Source of the DNA: Gammaproteobacteria bacterium
GTDB taxonomy: Bacteria > Pseudomonadota > Gammaproteobacteria > SZUA-229
Reading direction: 5' to 3'
NCBI GenBank assembly: GCA_029882395.1
Contig: JAOUKT010000002.1
Location: 50,165-114,164 of the forward strand
Length of the DNA: 64,000 bases
The notes beneath the pieces are model-generated. The model was not told the DNA's origin and searched no databases. It saw nothing but the letters and a program-made list of their open reading frames with translations. Shown one piece after another: positions 29,865 through 40,643 of this stretch. A program made the position numbers and the translations under genes. Every line of letters starts with the position of its first letter. The stretch's first letter is position 1.

Positions 29865-31250
29865 TTAGTTATCCAGCTCAATCACGGTGACAGCGAGACT
29901 GCCGTCACTATTCAAAGTACCGTTGGCATGAATTTCGATATCTGCAGTTATGCCAGTTGGTACCGTTGCTGCAGTGGTATCTAGCGTAATGCCGGCGATG
30001 CTCATCACGCCCGCCGCATCGATAGAAACCGCGCCTTCGAGTTCAACCGTAGTTGAAGTCGATGAACTGCGTTCGATGCTGAGCGCAATATAGCCGGTGC
30101 CGGCGGCATCGGGTATCGCATCAACTTCAATCCGGTCAGTGCCTTCAACAATTGAACCGAGATTAAAGAACTGTACCGGTGTGGCAGAGTGATCCATCAT
30201 GATCGTCTGGTTTGGCTGAACCGAGATAGTAATGCCGGCGAGTGTGATGGTGTTATTGACAGTGTCTGTCGCTGAGGCAATGGCTTCAACTTCAATTTTT
30301 CCCGGGTGATCATCATCGCTTTCAGCTTCAATGCCGGTGATCAGCAGCTCGGTTCCCGAGACTTCTATATCAAGGTCAATCATGTCGCCGACTGCGTAAG
30401 CTGATACATCGATTCCTGCAGGCACAGCAAAAGTCTGGCCATTAACAGTGATGGTGTTAGGAGAAGATGCCGTGTCCAGTGAAGTGATTAAACCTTCAAC
30501 TTCAAGCTCTTCGCCGTGGTCACCACTGACGCCGTATGCACCGTCATTTTCTAATTCAACTTTGGTTGCGGCCAGAACATTGGCAACCGGTGCAGAGGTG
30601 CTTTTAACTTCAACATAAAGACCATCTGCCAGGTTAGCGGCTTCACTGGTATCCGCATTTGCATAATTAACTGTCATAGAACCCAGTGTGAAAGTCATCG
30701 CCTGTGCATCAAGTGCAGAAACCAGGCCTTTAACTTCGATTTCTTCGCCATCGACATAACTGCCTTCGAGTTCAATAAAGGTGGCATGGATGCCGCCGTT
30801 GCCATCAGGGTAACCACTGATTTCGACTTCATCGCCAACGAGCAAATCATCAATCAGTGCGAAACCTTGCAGGTTAGTGCTGTTATCAACGGTAATCGAC
30901 TGGCCCATTACGATCAGTCCGCCATTGGCCACAGTCTGTGTTACCACGCCTTCAAGTTCATCATCAAATGAAATGGAGAGCGCGTTACCGTTGGCGCCAT
31001 TGTCAGAGCCTGTTAAGTTTACAATCATGCCAACATGTAAATCCGCTTCAGTGGCCGGCACTCCGTCAATCGTTACGCTGGTGCCATTGGTTTCAAATTC
31101 AACGCCGTCTACATAAACGCTACCGAAGCCGGTAATACGCCCTGAAACATTAGTTGCGCTGGAAGTATTGTTGCTTGAAGAAGAGCAGCCGGCTACGCCG
31201 ATCATTACCGACATCATGGCGGCATATAAGCCTGAATATTTTAATTTCAT
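29865..31250 (-). CDS. Repetitive beta-rich lipoprotein (DUF5666-like)
   Basis: Lipobox VAGC and a Ser/Thr-rich linker. Repeated VxVDGVEF-like beta segments. Start chosen at the second Met, which has an AAGGA RBS. Confidence 0.55.
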   Translation of the reverse strand: MKLKYSGLYAAMMSVMIGVAGCSSSSNNTSSATNVSGRITGFGSVYVDGVEFETNGTSVTIDGVPATEADLHVGMIVNLTGSDNGANGNALSISFDDELEGVVTQTVANGGLIVMGQSITVDNSTNLQGFALIDDLLVGDEVEISGYPDGNGGIHATFIELEGSYVDGEEIEVKGLVSALDAQAMTFTLGSMTVNYANADTSEAANLADGLYVEVKSTSAPVANVLAATKVELENDGAYGVSGDHGEELEVEGLITSLDTASSPNTITVNGQTFAVPAGIDVSAYAVGDMIDLDIEVSGTELLITGIEAESDDDHPGKIEVEAIASATDTVNNTITLAGITISVQPNQTIMMDHSATPVQFFNLGSIVEGTDRIEVDAIPDAAGTGYIALSIERSSSTSTTVELEGAVSIDAAGVMSIAGITLDTTAATVPTGITADIEIHANGTLNSDGSLAVTVIELDN

Positions 31251-31444
31251 GTTAGTTTTCCTTAATAGTTTCATTTGCTTTCAGTAAACAGAACGGGGAA
31301 ATAAAAAAAAGCGTTCCATCAGAATCGAATAACGCTCAAGAATGTGATCGAGTGCACAAAAAAATGGCTAAATGGCTCGCCGACGCTTTTTTTGGTATGA
31401 TTCGCGTCCATTTGCTTAAGTCATCACGTTAATCGAGGTACTGC

Positions 31445-32968
31445 ATGTTCCAACTAGGCTGTAAGAGTCGGGTTTGTTTTCAAAATGAAATTCTATCTGG
31501 TCTGACGGTCGCGCTGGCACTGGTGCCAGAAGCAGTGGCTTTTGCTTTTGTGGCGGGTGTTGATCCACTGGTGGGCTTGTATGCGGCTTTCATGGTAGGT
31601 TTGCTGGCTTCTATTTTTGGTGGTCGCCCGGGCATGATTTCGGGAGCCACTGGTGCAATGGCTGTGGTGATGGTGGCTCTGGTGGCCCAGCACGGGGTTG
31701 AGTACCTCTTTGCTGCAGTGGTATTGACCGGCCTGATACAGATTCTGGCAGGTATCTTACGCCTTGGTAAATACATTCGAATCGTGCCGCACCCGGTCAT
31801 GCTGGGTTTTGTGAATGGTCTGGCGATCGTGATATTTCTGGCACAAATACAGCATTTCCAGTTGCCTGGTAGTGGCGGTGAGTGGATGTCAGGTGTAAAT
31901 CTGGCCGTGTTTGGTGGTTTGATTTTGCTAACCATGGCGATTATTCACTTTTTACCAAAACTGACCACCGCTATCCCTTCCTCACTGGCGGCTATTCTAG
32001 TGGTTTCATTTATTGTTATTGGCTTTAATGTTGATACCAATACCGTTAGTGATCTGGCAACTATTAAAGGCGGTTTCCCTGAGTTTCATATCCCGAGCGT
32101 ACCGTTTACGTTAGAAACGCTTTATATTATTTTCCCCTACGCGATTGTTCTGGCGGCAGTGGGTTTAATCGAGTCCTTATTAACACTGACGCTGATCGAT
32201 GATATTACCGGTACTCGTGGCCGCGGCAATCGCGAATGTGTGGGCCAGGGTATCGCCAATACAGCGACTGGCTTCTTCGGCGGCATGGGCGGCTGTGCAA
32301 TGATCGGTCAGAGCATGATAAATGTAAACTCAGGCGGCCATCAGCGTCTCTCGGGTATCTCAGCGGCTCTCTTTTTGCTGATGTTTATCATGTTTGCATC
32401 CAGCCTGATTGAGCAAATTCCGATGGCGGCATTAGTCGGTGTTATGTTTATCGTGGTTATGGGTACCTTTGAATGGTCGAGTTTCCGCATTATCAAAAAA
32501 ATACCAAAGACGGATGCCTTTGTGTTGATCCTGGTATCAGGCGTCACTGTCTTCACTGATCTGGCAGTAGCAGTTATTGTGGGTGTGATCGTGTCAGCGC
32601 TGTTTTTTGCCTGGGAGCATGCCAGCCATATCAATGTGAAAAGCTTTGATAATGAAGATGGCTCACGAACATATGAATTAAACGGGCCGTTGTTTTTCGG
32701 TTCAGTGAAAAACTTTCTTGACCTGTTCACGCCCGGTGATGACCCTGATGATGTCATTATTGAATTCCAGAATTCACGGGTGGCGGATCATTCAGCGATA
32801 GAAGCGATTGATAATCTGGCAGAAAAATACATTAAAGCCGGTAAAAAATTACATTTACGTCACCTCAGTCCAGAGTGCATAGAGCTTTTGAGCAAAGCCG
32901 GTGATCTGGTAGAAGTGAACGTGATGGAAGATCCTACCTACCATGTGGCGGATGATAAATTAGCTTAA
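31445..32968 (+). CDS. SulP family anion transporter with C-terminal STAS domain
   Basis: SulP core with STAS tail ([12 protein letters not shown]). Confidence 0.9.
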   Translation: MFQLGCKSRVCFQNEILSGLTVALALVPEAVAFAFVAGVDPLVGLYAAFMVGLLASIFGGRPGMISGATGAMAVVMVALVAQHGVEYLFAAVVLTGLIQILAGILRLGKYIRIVPHPVMLGFVNGLAIVIFLAQIQHFQLPGSGGEWMSGVNLAVFGGLILLTMAIIHFLPKLTTAIPSSLAAILVVSFIVIGFNVDTNTVSDLATIKGGFPEFHIPSVPFTLETLYIIFPYAIVLAAVGLIESLLTLTLIDDITGTRGRGNRECVGQGIANTATGFFGGMGGCAMIGQSMINVNSGGHQRLSGISAALFLLMFIMFASSLIEQIPMAALVGVMFIVVMGTFEWSSFRIIKKIPKTDAFVLILVSGVTVFTDLAVAVIVGVIVSALFFAWEHASHINVKSFDNEDGSRTYELNGPLFFGSVKNFLDLFTPGDDPDDVIIEFQNSRVADHSAIEAIDNLAEKYIKAGKKLHLRHLSPECIELLSKAGDLVEVNVMEDPTYHVADDKLA

Positions 32969-33848
32969 GTGATATTGAATGCACTGTTGACCAGGTCAAC
33001 AGTGACATTAGCTTTATAACGCTAAAGCTTAAAAGCGGCCATTTATAATTACTTTGATTCTGCTCATCAATGCGGCTGCTCGCTGCCATTCTGTCATGTT
33101 AGGCTAAACTGAACAGCAATACTATTTTGGTCTTAGAAAAGCAATACCTGTCAAACAGGGATGCCTAAGAATGAGAGTATTGGTAAATAATAGTTGTGTA
33201 ACGGCTTAGCATTATGTCTGGCATCATCAATTATTCGTAAAAACGCTATCGAGATTCTCCGATCAGCGTCAAAACAAAAACAAGACTTTGTCGATGTTCG
33301 TGACACCCTTTTAGCCATGCCATTTTACAAAAAAACATTTTCTGGCTGCTTTGTTGCGGCCAAGTAAGATTGCGCCGGCTTGTTGCTATCAGCCTAAGGC
33401 ATTAATGATGATGGCGCGCCTTATAGTCTGGATGGACAGATATCGGTCATTACAGTTTGAGGCGTTTAGACTGGCAGGCTTGAGGTCTCGTCTGCACAAA
33501 CAGTGCAAATACAAATGCCTAAAGCCGGAACAGGATTGTGTAATAGCTGATGCCAGTCAGCTACAAACCATAACTAATATAAGGTTGAAGATAAAGTTGT
33601 CATAGACTATTAATATAATGGTTATTGATCATATTTATGATTAAATCAGGTCTCACTAAGACGGAATTGAACCATCATAAAATAACCTCACAGGTTTCCT
33701 GCTCACATTTAATACGTTCGAACCAGGGAGCAGCCCAATTGTGGCTGTCGATATTCACAAAACCGAAACAGATTTTACGAAAAAAAAACCTAAAATTAAC
33801 TACTTAGGCACTCTTTTGTAAACGTACAGGCGGTAATGATAAAAATTT

Positions 33849-36800
33849 ATGTCAAATGGAACGATTAAATTAGGTGTGATGCCGCCGCTGACCGGTTTAG
33901 TGGGCATTTATGGTTCAGAAATTGTGCATGCTGCAGAAGTCGCTTGTCAGGAAATTAATGAGAATGGCGGTGTACTGGGTAAACCACTGGAACTGGTCAT
34001 AGAAGATGACGGCAGCCTGCCGCAAAGTGCAGTCGCAGCGGCTAAGAAACTGGTTGTTGAGCATCAGTGTAGTGCGATGATAGGAAACCTGCTCTCTAAT
34101 TCACGCATTGCCGTGGCCTATCAGGTCGCTGAGCCGAGCAGGGTGCCGCTAATTAATTTCTCATTTTATGAAGGCAGCATTCTCAGCCGTTATTTTTTCC
34201 ATTTTGGCGCCCTGCCCAATCAGCAAATAGATAAAATGATTCCATACATGTTTAAACAGTATGGCTCGCGCATGTTCTTTGCCGGAAATAATTATGAATG
34301 GCCGCGTGGCTCGATACATGCGGCTAAAAAAGTGCTGACAGCAATAGGCGGCGAAATAGTAGGTGAAGAGTATTGCCCGATAGGTGTCGCAGCGGAGCAG
34401 ATTGAGCAATTACTGGATCAGCTTGAGGCGGCCAAACCCGATGTTTTTGTGCCCTATTTTGCCGGCAATGACCAGGTTTTGCTATTGACACGGTTTACAG
34501 AAAGAGGCCTTAAAAAACGCATGGCCGTGGTGATGGGTCATTATGACGAAATGATGGCGAGCCAGTTACCTGCTGAAGTGCGTGAGGGCTTCTATTCAAG
34601 CAATACTTATTTCATGACCATTGATTCTGAGCAAAACCGGAATTACCTGCAACGCCTGGCGAGGCTGGCGGATGTTGACGGCATCTGGCCACAAGGTAAT
34701 GGCATACTGACAAACTTTGGTGAAGCTACCTATGCCTGTGTAAAAGCATTCGCTGTGGCTGCCAACTCAGCTGGCTCGGTGAACGCAGAAGACCTGGTAG
34801 ACGCGTTAAAAAATATAAACATATCGTCGCCTCAGGGCATATTAACTATGAACCCTGAGCACCATCATGCAACCGTTAATACGTACCTTTCGCAATGTCA
34901 GTCTGATGGACAGTTTAAAATCATTGAACGTTTTGGTGCCATCGAAGCGGCGATACCTGAGCGTTATAATCATCAGCGTATTACCGATCAGGCAACCGTT
35001 GAAGATGATATTCGACTTCAGGCACGGATACTGGAGCAAATGTCAGATGGTGTCTTGTTAATCAGTTCGAGTGACAGCTCAATTATCTATTCCAATGCGG
35101 GCGCCGAGCGCATCCTTGGCTACGCTGGCGGAGAAATGTCAGGGTTTTTATTGTCACAAATAATGGCTGACAATTTAGAAAACACGCAGACGAGTGAGAG
35201 CATCGTAAAACAATTGACCCAGAAAGGAGAGTGGCAGGGCGAAATTAGTTATGCGAAAAAACAAGGTGACGCTATCTGGTGCTTTGCCACAGTGACGACA
35301 TTCACACACCCGGTTTACGGTGAAGTATGGCTGGCTGTTAACCGGGATATTACTGAGGAAAAAAAATCAAAAAATGAAATTGAACAAAACCGGGCACGAT
35401 TCGAATCAATGTTTGAAGCAATTCCGGATGCTGTCATTTACGCCGATACAGACAGAAAGATAAGGCTGGTCAATAAAGCCGCGGTTAAGTTATTCGGATA
35501 TGAAATATACGAGCTAGAGGGCAGGTCAACTGACATTCTTTATGCCGATACAGAGGATTTCAAAGAACAGGAAAAGCGGCGATATACCAGTCATAGTAAA
35601 ACAGCTTCTCCGCGTTATGAAATGAACTACCGGTGCAAAGATGCAAGCGTATTTTCGGGTGAAACACTGGCCACGGCTGTGAGCTCATCGGCTGGAGAAA
35701 TACTGGGATATTTAGGCATTATTCGCGATGTGTCAGAAAGGAATCAGATCGATGCCATCTTTCGATCACTGGCCACCGGCGCGTCGGGTTTAAAATTCGA
35801 TGCCTTTATCAACGATGCACTGTATCGTTTAACAGAAATATACAAAAGTCCGTTTGCTTTTGTCGGGCAGTTATTAACCGATGGCAAACACGTGAAAACA
35901 CTGGCCGTGTATGCAAACGGTAGGATAGTCGATAACTTCGAATATGCGTTAAAAGGCTCTCCTTGTCAGGATGTTATGGATCATAAAAAAGAAATAATCC
36001 CTAAAGATGCATCGAAACTGTACGCCGGTGACAAGCTACTGGTGGATATGCAGATTGAAAGTTATTTTGGTTTACCACTGATTGCATCGGATAATTCAGT
36101 TATCGGTATTTTATCTATCATGGACACCAGGCCTGTAGAAGTGAGTGATTGGGCCAGATCTATACTGGAAGTGTTTGCCACGAGAATTGCCGTCGAGCTG
36201 GAAAGGGAGATTTCAAACCGGGAGCTGCGACAGCACAGAGAACATCTGCAGGAACTGGTAGAGCTGCGCACAACAGATTTGATCATGGCCAGAGATGAGG
36301 CCGAGAAAGCCAATGCGGCCAAATCAGAATTTTTATCGCACATGAGTCATGAGTTGCGTACGCCAATGAATGCGATACTGGGCTTTGGCCAGTTATTAGA
36401 AATGGATTCCGATACCTTTGACGAAACCCACAAGGCAAATATTCAAGAAATCCTTGATGCGGGTGGGCATCTGTTAACACTGATCAATGAAGTGCTGGAC
36501 CTGAGCAGAATTGAGTCGGGTAAGTTAGATATGTTGATGAAAGATATTGCTGTTGATGAGGTGTTATCCCAGTGTTTGAAGCTGGTAGCTAGTCATGCGG
36601 ACGAACGACAGATTGAAATCATAGACCACTTAAGTGGTAACGGTTATCATGTTAAGGCCGATTTGACGCGTTTGAAACAGGTCTTTGTCAATTTGCTCTC
36701 GAATGCGATTAAATACAACCGAAGCCAGGGTGCTGTCACACTGGATGCTGAGCTGACTGAAAATAATTATCTGCGCATCAGCGTATCGGATAATGGTGAG

Positions 36801-36992
36801 GGCATATCAAAGCAGGATATCGACAAATTATTCAAACCGTTTGAGCGCCTCAATGTCGTGGACAATGTTGAAGGTACCGGCATAGGGCTGGTGATTACAA
36901 AACACCTCGTTGGTTTAATGGGCGGCAATATAGGTGTCAAAAGTGAGCCCGGTAATGGCAGCGTTTTCTGGATAGAGTTGCCGCGTTGTTGA
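33849..36992 (+). CDS. Cytoplasmic sensor histidine kinase: type-1 periplasmic-binding-protein-like (LivK/AmiC-like) domain + 2 PAS + GAF + HisKA + HATPase
   Basis: No signal peptide or TM helix. PBP1-like N-terminal domain (LGVMPPLTGLVGIYG...), H-box FLSHMSHELRTPMNAILGFGQLL, and HATPase motifs at the C-terminus. Confidence 0.85.
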   Translation: MSNGTIKLGVMPPLTGLVGIYGSEIVHAAEVACQEINENGGVLGKPLELVIEDDGSLPQSAVAAAKKLVVEHQCSAMIGNLLSNSRIAVAYQVAEPSRVPLINFSFYEGSILSRYFFHFGALPNQQIDKMIPYMFKQYGSRMFFAGNNYEWPRGSIHAAKKVLTAIGGEIVGEEYCPIGVAAEQIEQLLDQLEAAKPDVFVPYFAGNDQVLLLTRFTERGLKKRMAVVMGHYDEMMASQLPAEVREGFYSSNTYFMTIDSEQNRNYLQRLARLADVDGIWPQGNGILTNFGEATYACVKAFAVAANSAGSVNAEDLVDALKNINISSPQGILTMNPEHHHATVNTYLSQCQSDGQFKIIERFGAIEAAIPERYNHQRITDQATVEDDIRLQARILEQMSDGVLLISSSDSSIIYSNAGAERILGYAGGEMSGFLLSQIMADNLENTQTSESIVKQLTQKGEWQGEISYAKKQGDAIWCFATVTTFTHPVYGEVWLAVNRDITEEKKSKNEIEQNRARFESMFEAIPDAVIYADTDRKIRLVNKAAVKLFGYEIYELEGRSTDILYADTEDFKEQEKRRYTSHSKTASPRYEMNYRCKDASVFSGETLATAVSSSAGEILGYLGIIRDVSERNQIDAIFRSLATGASGLKFDAFINDALYRLTEIYKSPFAFVGQLLTDGKHVKTLAVYANGRIVDNFEYALKGSPCQDVMDHKKEIIPKDASKLYAGDKLLVDMQIESYFGLPLIASDNSVIGILSIMDTRPVEVSDWARSILEVFATRIAVELEREISNRELRQHREHLQELVELRTTDLIMARDEAEKANAAKSEFLSHMSHELRTPMNAILGFGQLLEMDSDTFDETHKANIQEILDAGGHLLTLINEVLDLSRIESGKLDMLMKDIAVDEVLSQCLKLVASHADERQIEIIDHLSGNGYHVKADLTRLKQVFVNLLSNAIKYNRSQGAVTLDAELTENNYLRISVSDNGEGISKQDIDKLFKPFERLNVVDNVEGTGIGLVITKHLVGLMGGNIGVKSEPGNGSVFWIELPRC

Positions 36993-37054
36993 AAAGTACA
37001 GATAAAAAAAGAGTTAGGTTTATAGCATCATAAAAACATTACTGGTTAAATAAA

Positions 37055-37420
37055 ATGAAAAAAGTAGTTTATATAGAAGATAACCCCGCGAATCAACGAC
37101 TGGTAACACAGGTGTTTAAGCGCCTGCCCAAGCTGGAACTGCTGAATGCGGATGAGCCGATATCAGGTCTGGAATTGATTGAGAAACATCAACCGGACCT
37201 GATATTGCTGGATATTAATCTGCCGGGAATGGATGGTTTTGAAGTGTTTAAGCGTCTCAGAGAAAAACAAGGTTGCGAAAATACCCCTGTTATCGCTATC
37301 AGTGCCAACGCCATGCAAGAAGATATTGACAAGGCGCTGGCGCTTGGCTTTGATGACTATATTGTGAAACCGGTTAATATCAGTGCTTTGCTGCAGGTTT
37401 TAGAAAATACATTGCAATAA
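37055..37420 (+). CDS. Single-domain response regulator (CheY-like)
   Basis: VVYIEDNPANQ...LILLDINLPGMDG...KP motif. 121 aa. Confidence 0.85.
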   Translation: MKKVVYIEDNPANQRLVTQVFKRLPKLELLNADEPISGLELIEKHQPDLILLDINLPGMDGFEVFKRLREKQGCENTPVIAISANAMQEDIDKALALGFDDYIVKPVNISALLQVLENTLQ

Positions 37421-37473
37421 TTCTGAGCTATTTATAAACAGTGAGTCGTAAATAAAAAAATTTTTATTTACTG

Positions 37474-38061
37474 CTATTTCATCACCATAATTAAAGTTGG
37501 AATATTGTTTTCTATTAACTGGTCACGTACTTTATTTAAAGAGCGTTTTCCAAGAATCGGGCCGACCTTAACCCGGTACCAGGTGTCATTGTTTATTTGA
37601 GCCTGCTGAATGCTGGAAGTGATGCCCAGCAGGGCCAGCGTGGCACGTCGTTTGTCCGCATCGCTGTTGGCCTGAAAAGAACCTACCTGTAAAAAATAAG
37701 TCTTCTGGTTTTTAGCCACAGCTGAGTCTGTTTTTGGTTGTGTAACAGTGCCGTCTTTATTCTGAATTTCAGACTCGGGCACAAAAACTTCGTAGTCTTT
37801 TAAAATAGTATAAAAATCAAATTTTGGCACATTATTGTCCGGCGTGCTTTTCTGCTGGTTTTTTTTCACATCTTTGTGCTGTTCGGTTTTTTTGATTTCC
37901 TGATTAACGGCCTCAGAAAAACTGACCTTGGCTTTGGGCTGGGTTTGCAGGTAAGTAAGCAGTGCGACAAATAAGCCAATGGATAAGCCGGCGAATAGCC
38001 ATAAAAAGCCAGAAGCTGATTTTTTTGCAGGCTGCATTCTGTTTTTCATATCACCCGGCAT
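37474..38061 (-). CDS. SPOR-domain protein (peptidoglycan-binding, cell division associated)
   Basis: N-terminal TM helix, low-complexity linker, C-terminal SPOR (YFLQVGSF...WYRVKVGP). Confidence 0.7.
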   Translation of the reverse strand: MPGDMKNRMQPAKKSASGFLWLFAGLSIGLFVALLTYLQTQPKAKVSFSEAVNQEIKKTEQHKDVKKNQQKSTPDNNVPKFDFYTILKDYEVFVPESEIQNKDGTVTQPKTDSAVAKNQKTYFLQVGSFQANSDADKRRATLALLGITSSIQQAQINNDTWYRVKVGPILGKRSLNKVRDQLIENNIPTLIMVMK

Positions 38062-39863
38062 TACATGACCTCGGGTGCGCTAACACCTAACAGCTTGAGG
38101 CCGTTGGCGATCACATGGCGACAGGCAATAATCAGGTTAAGGCGTGCATCCCGAAGGTTTGCATCATCAACTATAAACTGGTGGGCGTTGTAATAGGTAT
38201 GTAACTCACTGGCCAGTTCACGCAGGAAGTGTACCAGTAGATGTGGTTCGGTTTTGATGGCAGCCGATTCCACTGTGTCGGCATACTGGTTGAGTTTTTT
38301 GATCAGTGCGGTTTCATGTGATTCGTTTAATAATTCGATATTCTGCTGGCCATTGGCAATATCATGAATCAAGTTTTTTTCATTCATCTGGCGCAGAACG
38401 CTGCAGACCCGGGCGTGTGCATACTGGATATAATAAACCGGGTTGTCATTGCTTTGTGATTTGGCCAGATCAAGATCAAAATCCAGATGCTGTTCACATT
38501 TTCGCATGACGTAAAAGAATCGTGCCGCATCATTGCCGACTTCTTCGCGTAATTCACGCAAAGTCACAAAGGAGCCCGAGCGCGTCGACATCTGAACTTT
38601 TTCACCGCCGCGGTAAAGGTTGGCGAACTGCACCAGTAATACTTCGAGCTTATCGGCATCATCGCCCAGTGCCTGTAAGGCAGCGCGGACTCGTGGCACG
38701 TAACCGTGATGATCCGCTCCCCAGACGTCGATAACAATGTCATAACCGCGTTCAATTTTAACCATATGGTAGGCGATATCGGAAGCGAAATAGGTGGTCT
38801 GGCCATTGTCGCGTTTCACCACACGGTCTTTCTCGTCACCGAAGTCTGTGCTGCGGAACCAGAGTGCGCCGTCTTTTTCATAAATGTGCCCGGCTTGTTG
38901 TAAACGCTCAATCGCCTGCGATACCAGGTTGCGGTCTTCAAGCGTGCGTTCTGAATACCAGTCCTGATAGTGCACACCAAAGTGTTTTAAGTCATCACGA
39001 ATATCACCGATGATGGTATTTAAACCGGTATCAAAAATAATGCGGTACTGTTCTTCACCTAATAGAGTTTTGGCGCGCTCGATCAGGGCATCGATATGTT
39101 TTTCTTTATCGCCGCCGTGTGGTTCATCAGCGGGAATAGCAGACATCAGTTCTTCATGAGAGAACACAAATTTATCAACATATTCAGCTTCAATTTCCGT
39201 GGCAATATCATAAACGTAGTCACCTTTATAGCCGTTAACAGGAAATTCAAAATCGATGCCGCATTTTTCAAGATAACGTAACCAGATACTGGTCGCCAGA
39301 ATATCCATCTGACGGCCGGCGTCGTTGACATAATATTCGCGGTGCACTTCATAACCAATGGCTTCGTATAAATCCGCCACCGTTGCGCCATAGGCTGCAC
39401 CCCGGCCATGACCAACATGTAACGGCCCGGTGGGGTTAGCGGAAACAAACTCAACCTGAATTTTTTTACCTTTACCGAACTCGCTGATGCCAAACTGATC
39501 AGCCTGATCAAGGATCTGCTGAACAATCGATAGTGTAGAGCCGGATTTGATAAAGAAGTTTATAAAGCCGGGGCCTGCTATCTCGACTTTTTCGACTAAA
39601 TCATTTGCCGGCAAACTGTCAATCAGGAGCGCGGCTATCTCGCGCGGATTTTTAGCCGCGGGCTTGGCCAGCATCAGCGCCAGGTTAGTGGCAAAATCAC
39701 CATGAGACGGGTCTTTGGTGTTTGTAAGCTGGATACCGGGCTGACAGTCAGCAGGGATTTGACCGCCAGACTGTAAGTTTTTAACAGTCTGATCAAGTAA
39801 GTCTATTAACGTGTCTTTCAAGGCTGGTCCCGCGATATATTGTTGTCTGAGTAAGTGACTCAT
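38061..39863 (-). CDS. argS: Arginine--tRNA ligase
   Basis: HIGH-type HVGHGRG and the KMSTRSG motif. Conservation with Pseudomonas ArgS begins at LKDTLIDLL, so the true start may be the TTG at 39821. Confidence 0.95.
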   Translation of the reverse strand: MSHLLRQQYIAGPALKDTLIDLLDQTVKNLQSGGQIPADCQPGIQLTNTKDPSHGDFATNLALMLAKPAAKNPREIAALLIDSLPANDLVEKVEIAGPGFINFFIKSGSTLSIVQQILDQADQFGISEFGKGKKIQVEFVSANPTGPLHVGHGRGAAYGATVADLYEAIGYEVHREYYVNDAGRQMDILATSIWLRYLEKCGIDFEFPVNGYKGDYVYDIATEIEAEYVDKFVFSHEELMSAIPADEPHGGDKEKHIDALIERAKTLLGEEQYRIIFDTGLNTIIGDIRDDLKHFGVHYQDWYSERTLEDRNLVSQAIERLQQAGHIYEKDGALWFRSTDFGDEKDRVVKRDNGQTTYFASDIAYHMVKIERGYDIVIDVWGADHHGYVPRVRAALQALGDDADKLEVLLVQFANLYRGGEKVQMSTRSGSFVTLRELREEVGNDAARFFYVMRKCEQHLDFDLDLAKSQSNDNPVYYIQYAHARVCSVLRQMNEKNLIHDIANGQQNIELLNESHETALIKKLNQYADTVESAAIKTEPHLLVHFLRELASELHTYYNAHQFIVDDANLRDARLNLIIACRHVIANGLKLLGVSAPEVM

Positions 39864-39993
39864 TTTACATCGACTCAGCCATAGTCGCAAAGCAGGAGAG
39901 ATATAAACTAGACTTATTTGGAAATTTATCGTCTACTCAGACCGCACAGGCTGTAGATTTTGTAGTCAATACACTGAACAGGGATATTCTTGC

Positions 39994-40635
39994 ATGAAAG
40001 TACTGTTAATTGATGATCACCCTTTATTTATTGAAGGCATCCGTGGTGTATTGTTAAAGCTGGCCGAAGGCATTGTGATCGAGGATGCCGGCAGCTGCGA
40101 AGAAGCGCTGGCGATGACTGCGACCGACGATGATGTGGATCTGGTTTTGCTGGATCTGAACCTGCCGGGCATGTCCGGTCTTGATGGCTTGCAGCTACTG
40201 CGTCATCAGTTACCTGCCAGCCCTATCGTTTTGCTCTCTGCCTCAGAAGACCGCAATAAAATCCTACACGCGATTGAACTGGGTGCGAAAGGTTATATTC
40301 CCAAATCATCGGCGTCAGATATTATTATCAGCGCCCTGCAACTGGTGTTATCCGGCGGGGTGTACCTGCCGATGGCGGTGCTGGAAACCATTAATTCAAC
40401 CCAGGCTAAAACCAGTAATGCCGAAGGCCAGACACTGACACTTCGCCAGGTGGATGTATTGAGCCTGTTAGCAGAAGGCCTATCCAACAAAGCGATTGCA
40501 AATCGGTTGAATATGGCAGAAAACACGGTGCGCGTGCACGTCAGTGCGATCTTGCGTTTTCTGGATGTGACCAACCGCACAGAAGCGGGAGTGGCCGCTT
40601 CGCGCATGGGCCTGTTATCCGAGAGTGAAAGCTGA
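39994..40635 (+). CDS. NarL/FixJ-family response regulator (REC + LuxR HTH)
   Basis: VLLIDDHPLF...LVLLDLNLPGMSG. C-terminal LuxR HTH (LTLRQVDVLSLLAEGLSNKAIANRL). Confidence 0.9.
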   Translation: MKVLLIDDHPLFIEGIRGVLLKLAEGIVIEDAGSCEEALAMTATDDDVDLVLLDLNLPGMSGLDGLQLLRHQLPASPIVLLSASEDRNKILHAIELGAKGYIPKSSASDIIISALQLVLSGGVYLPMAVLETINSTQAKTSNAEGQTLTLRQVDVLSLLAEGLSNKAIANRLNMAENTVRVHVSAILRFLDVTNRTEAGVAASRMGLLSESES

Positions 40636-40643
40636 TCGCGGCG

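Noticed and set aside
33700-33745. tRNA-like GTTCGAACC string
   Set aside because: There are no flanking complementary T-stem or acceptor-stem sequences and no D-arm or anticodon arm can be drawn. It is not a tRNA.
33351-33807. Two short ORFs (84 and 60 aa) in the 880-bp spacer
   Set aside because: They are low-complexity, lack SD sequences, and one is full of Cys/Lys/Arg typical of random AT-rich translation. They are treated as non-coding pending expression data.
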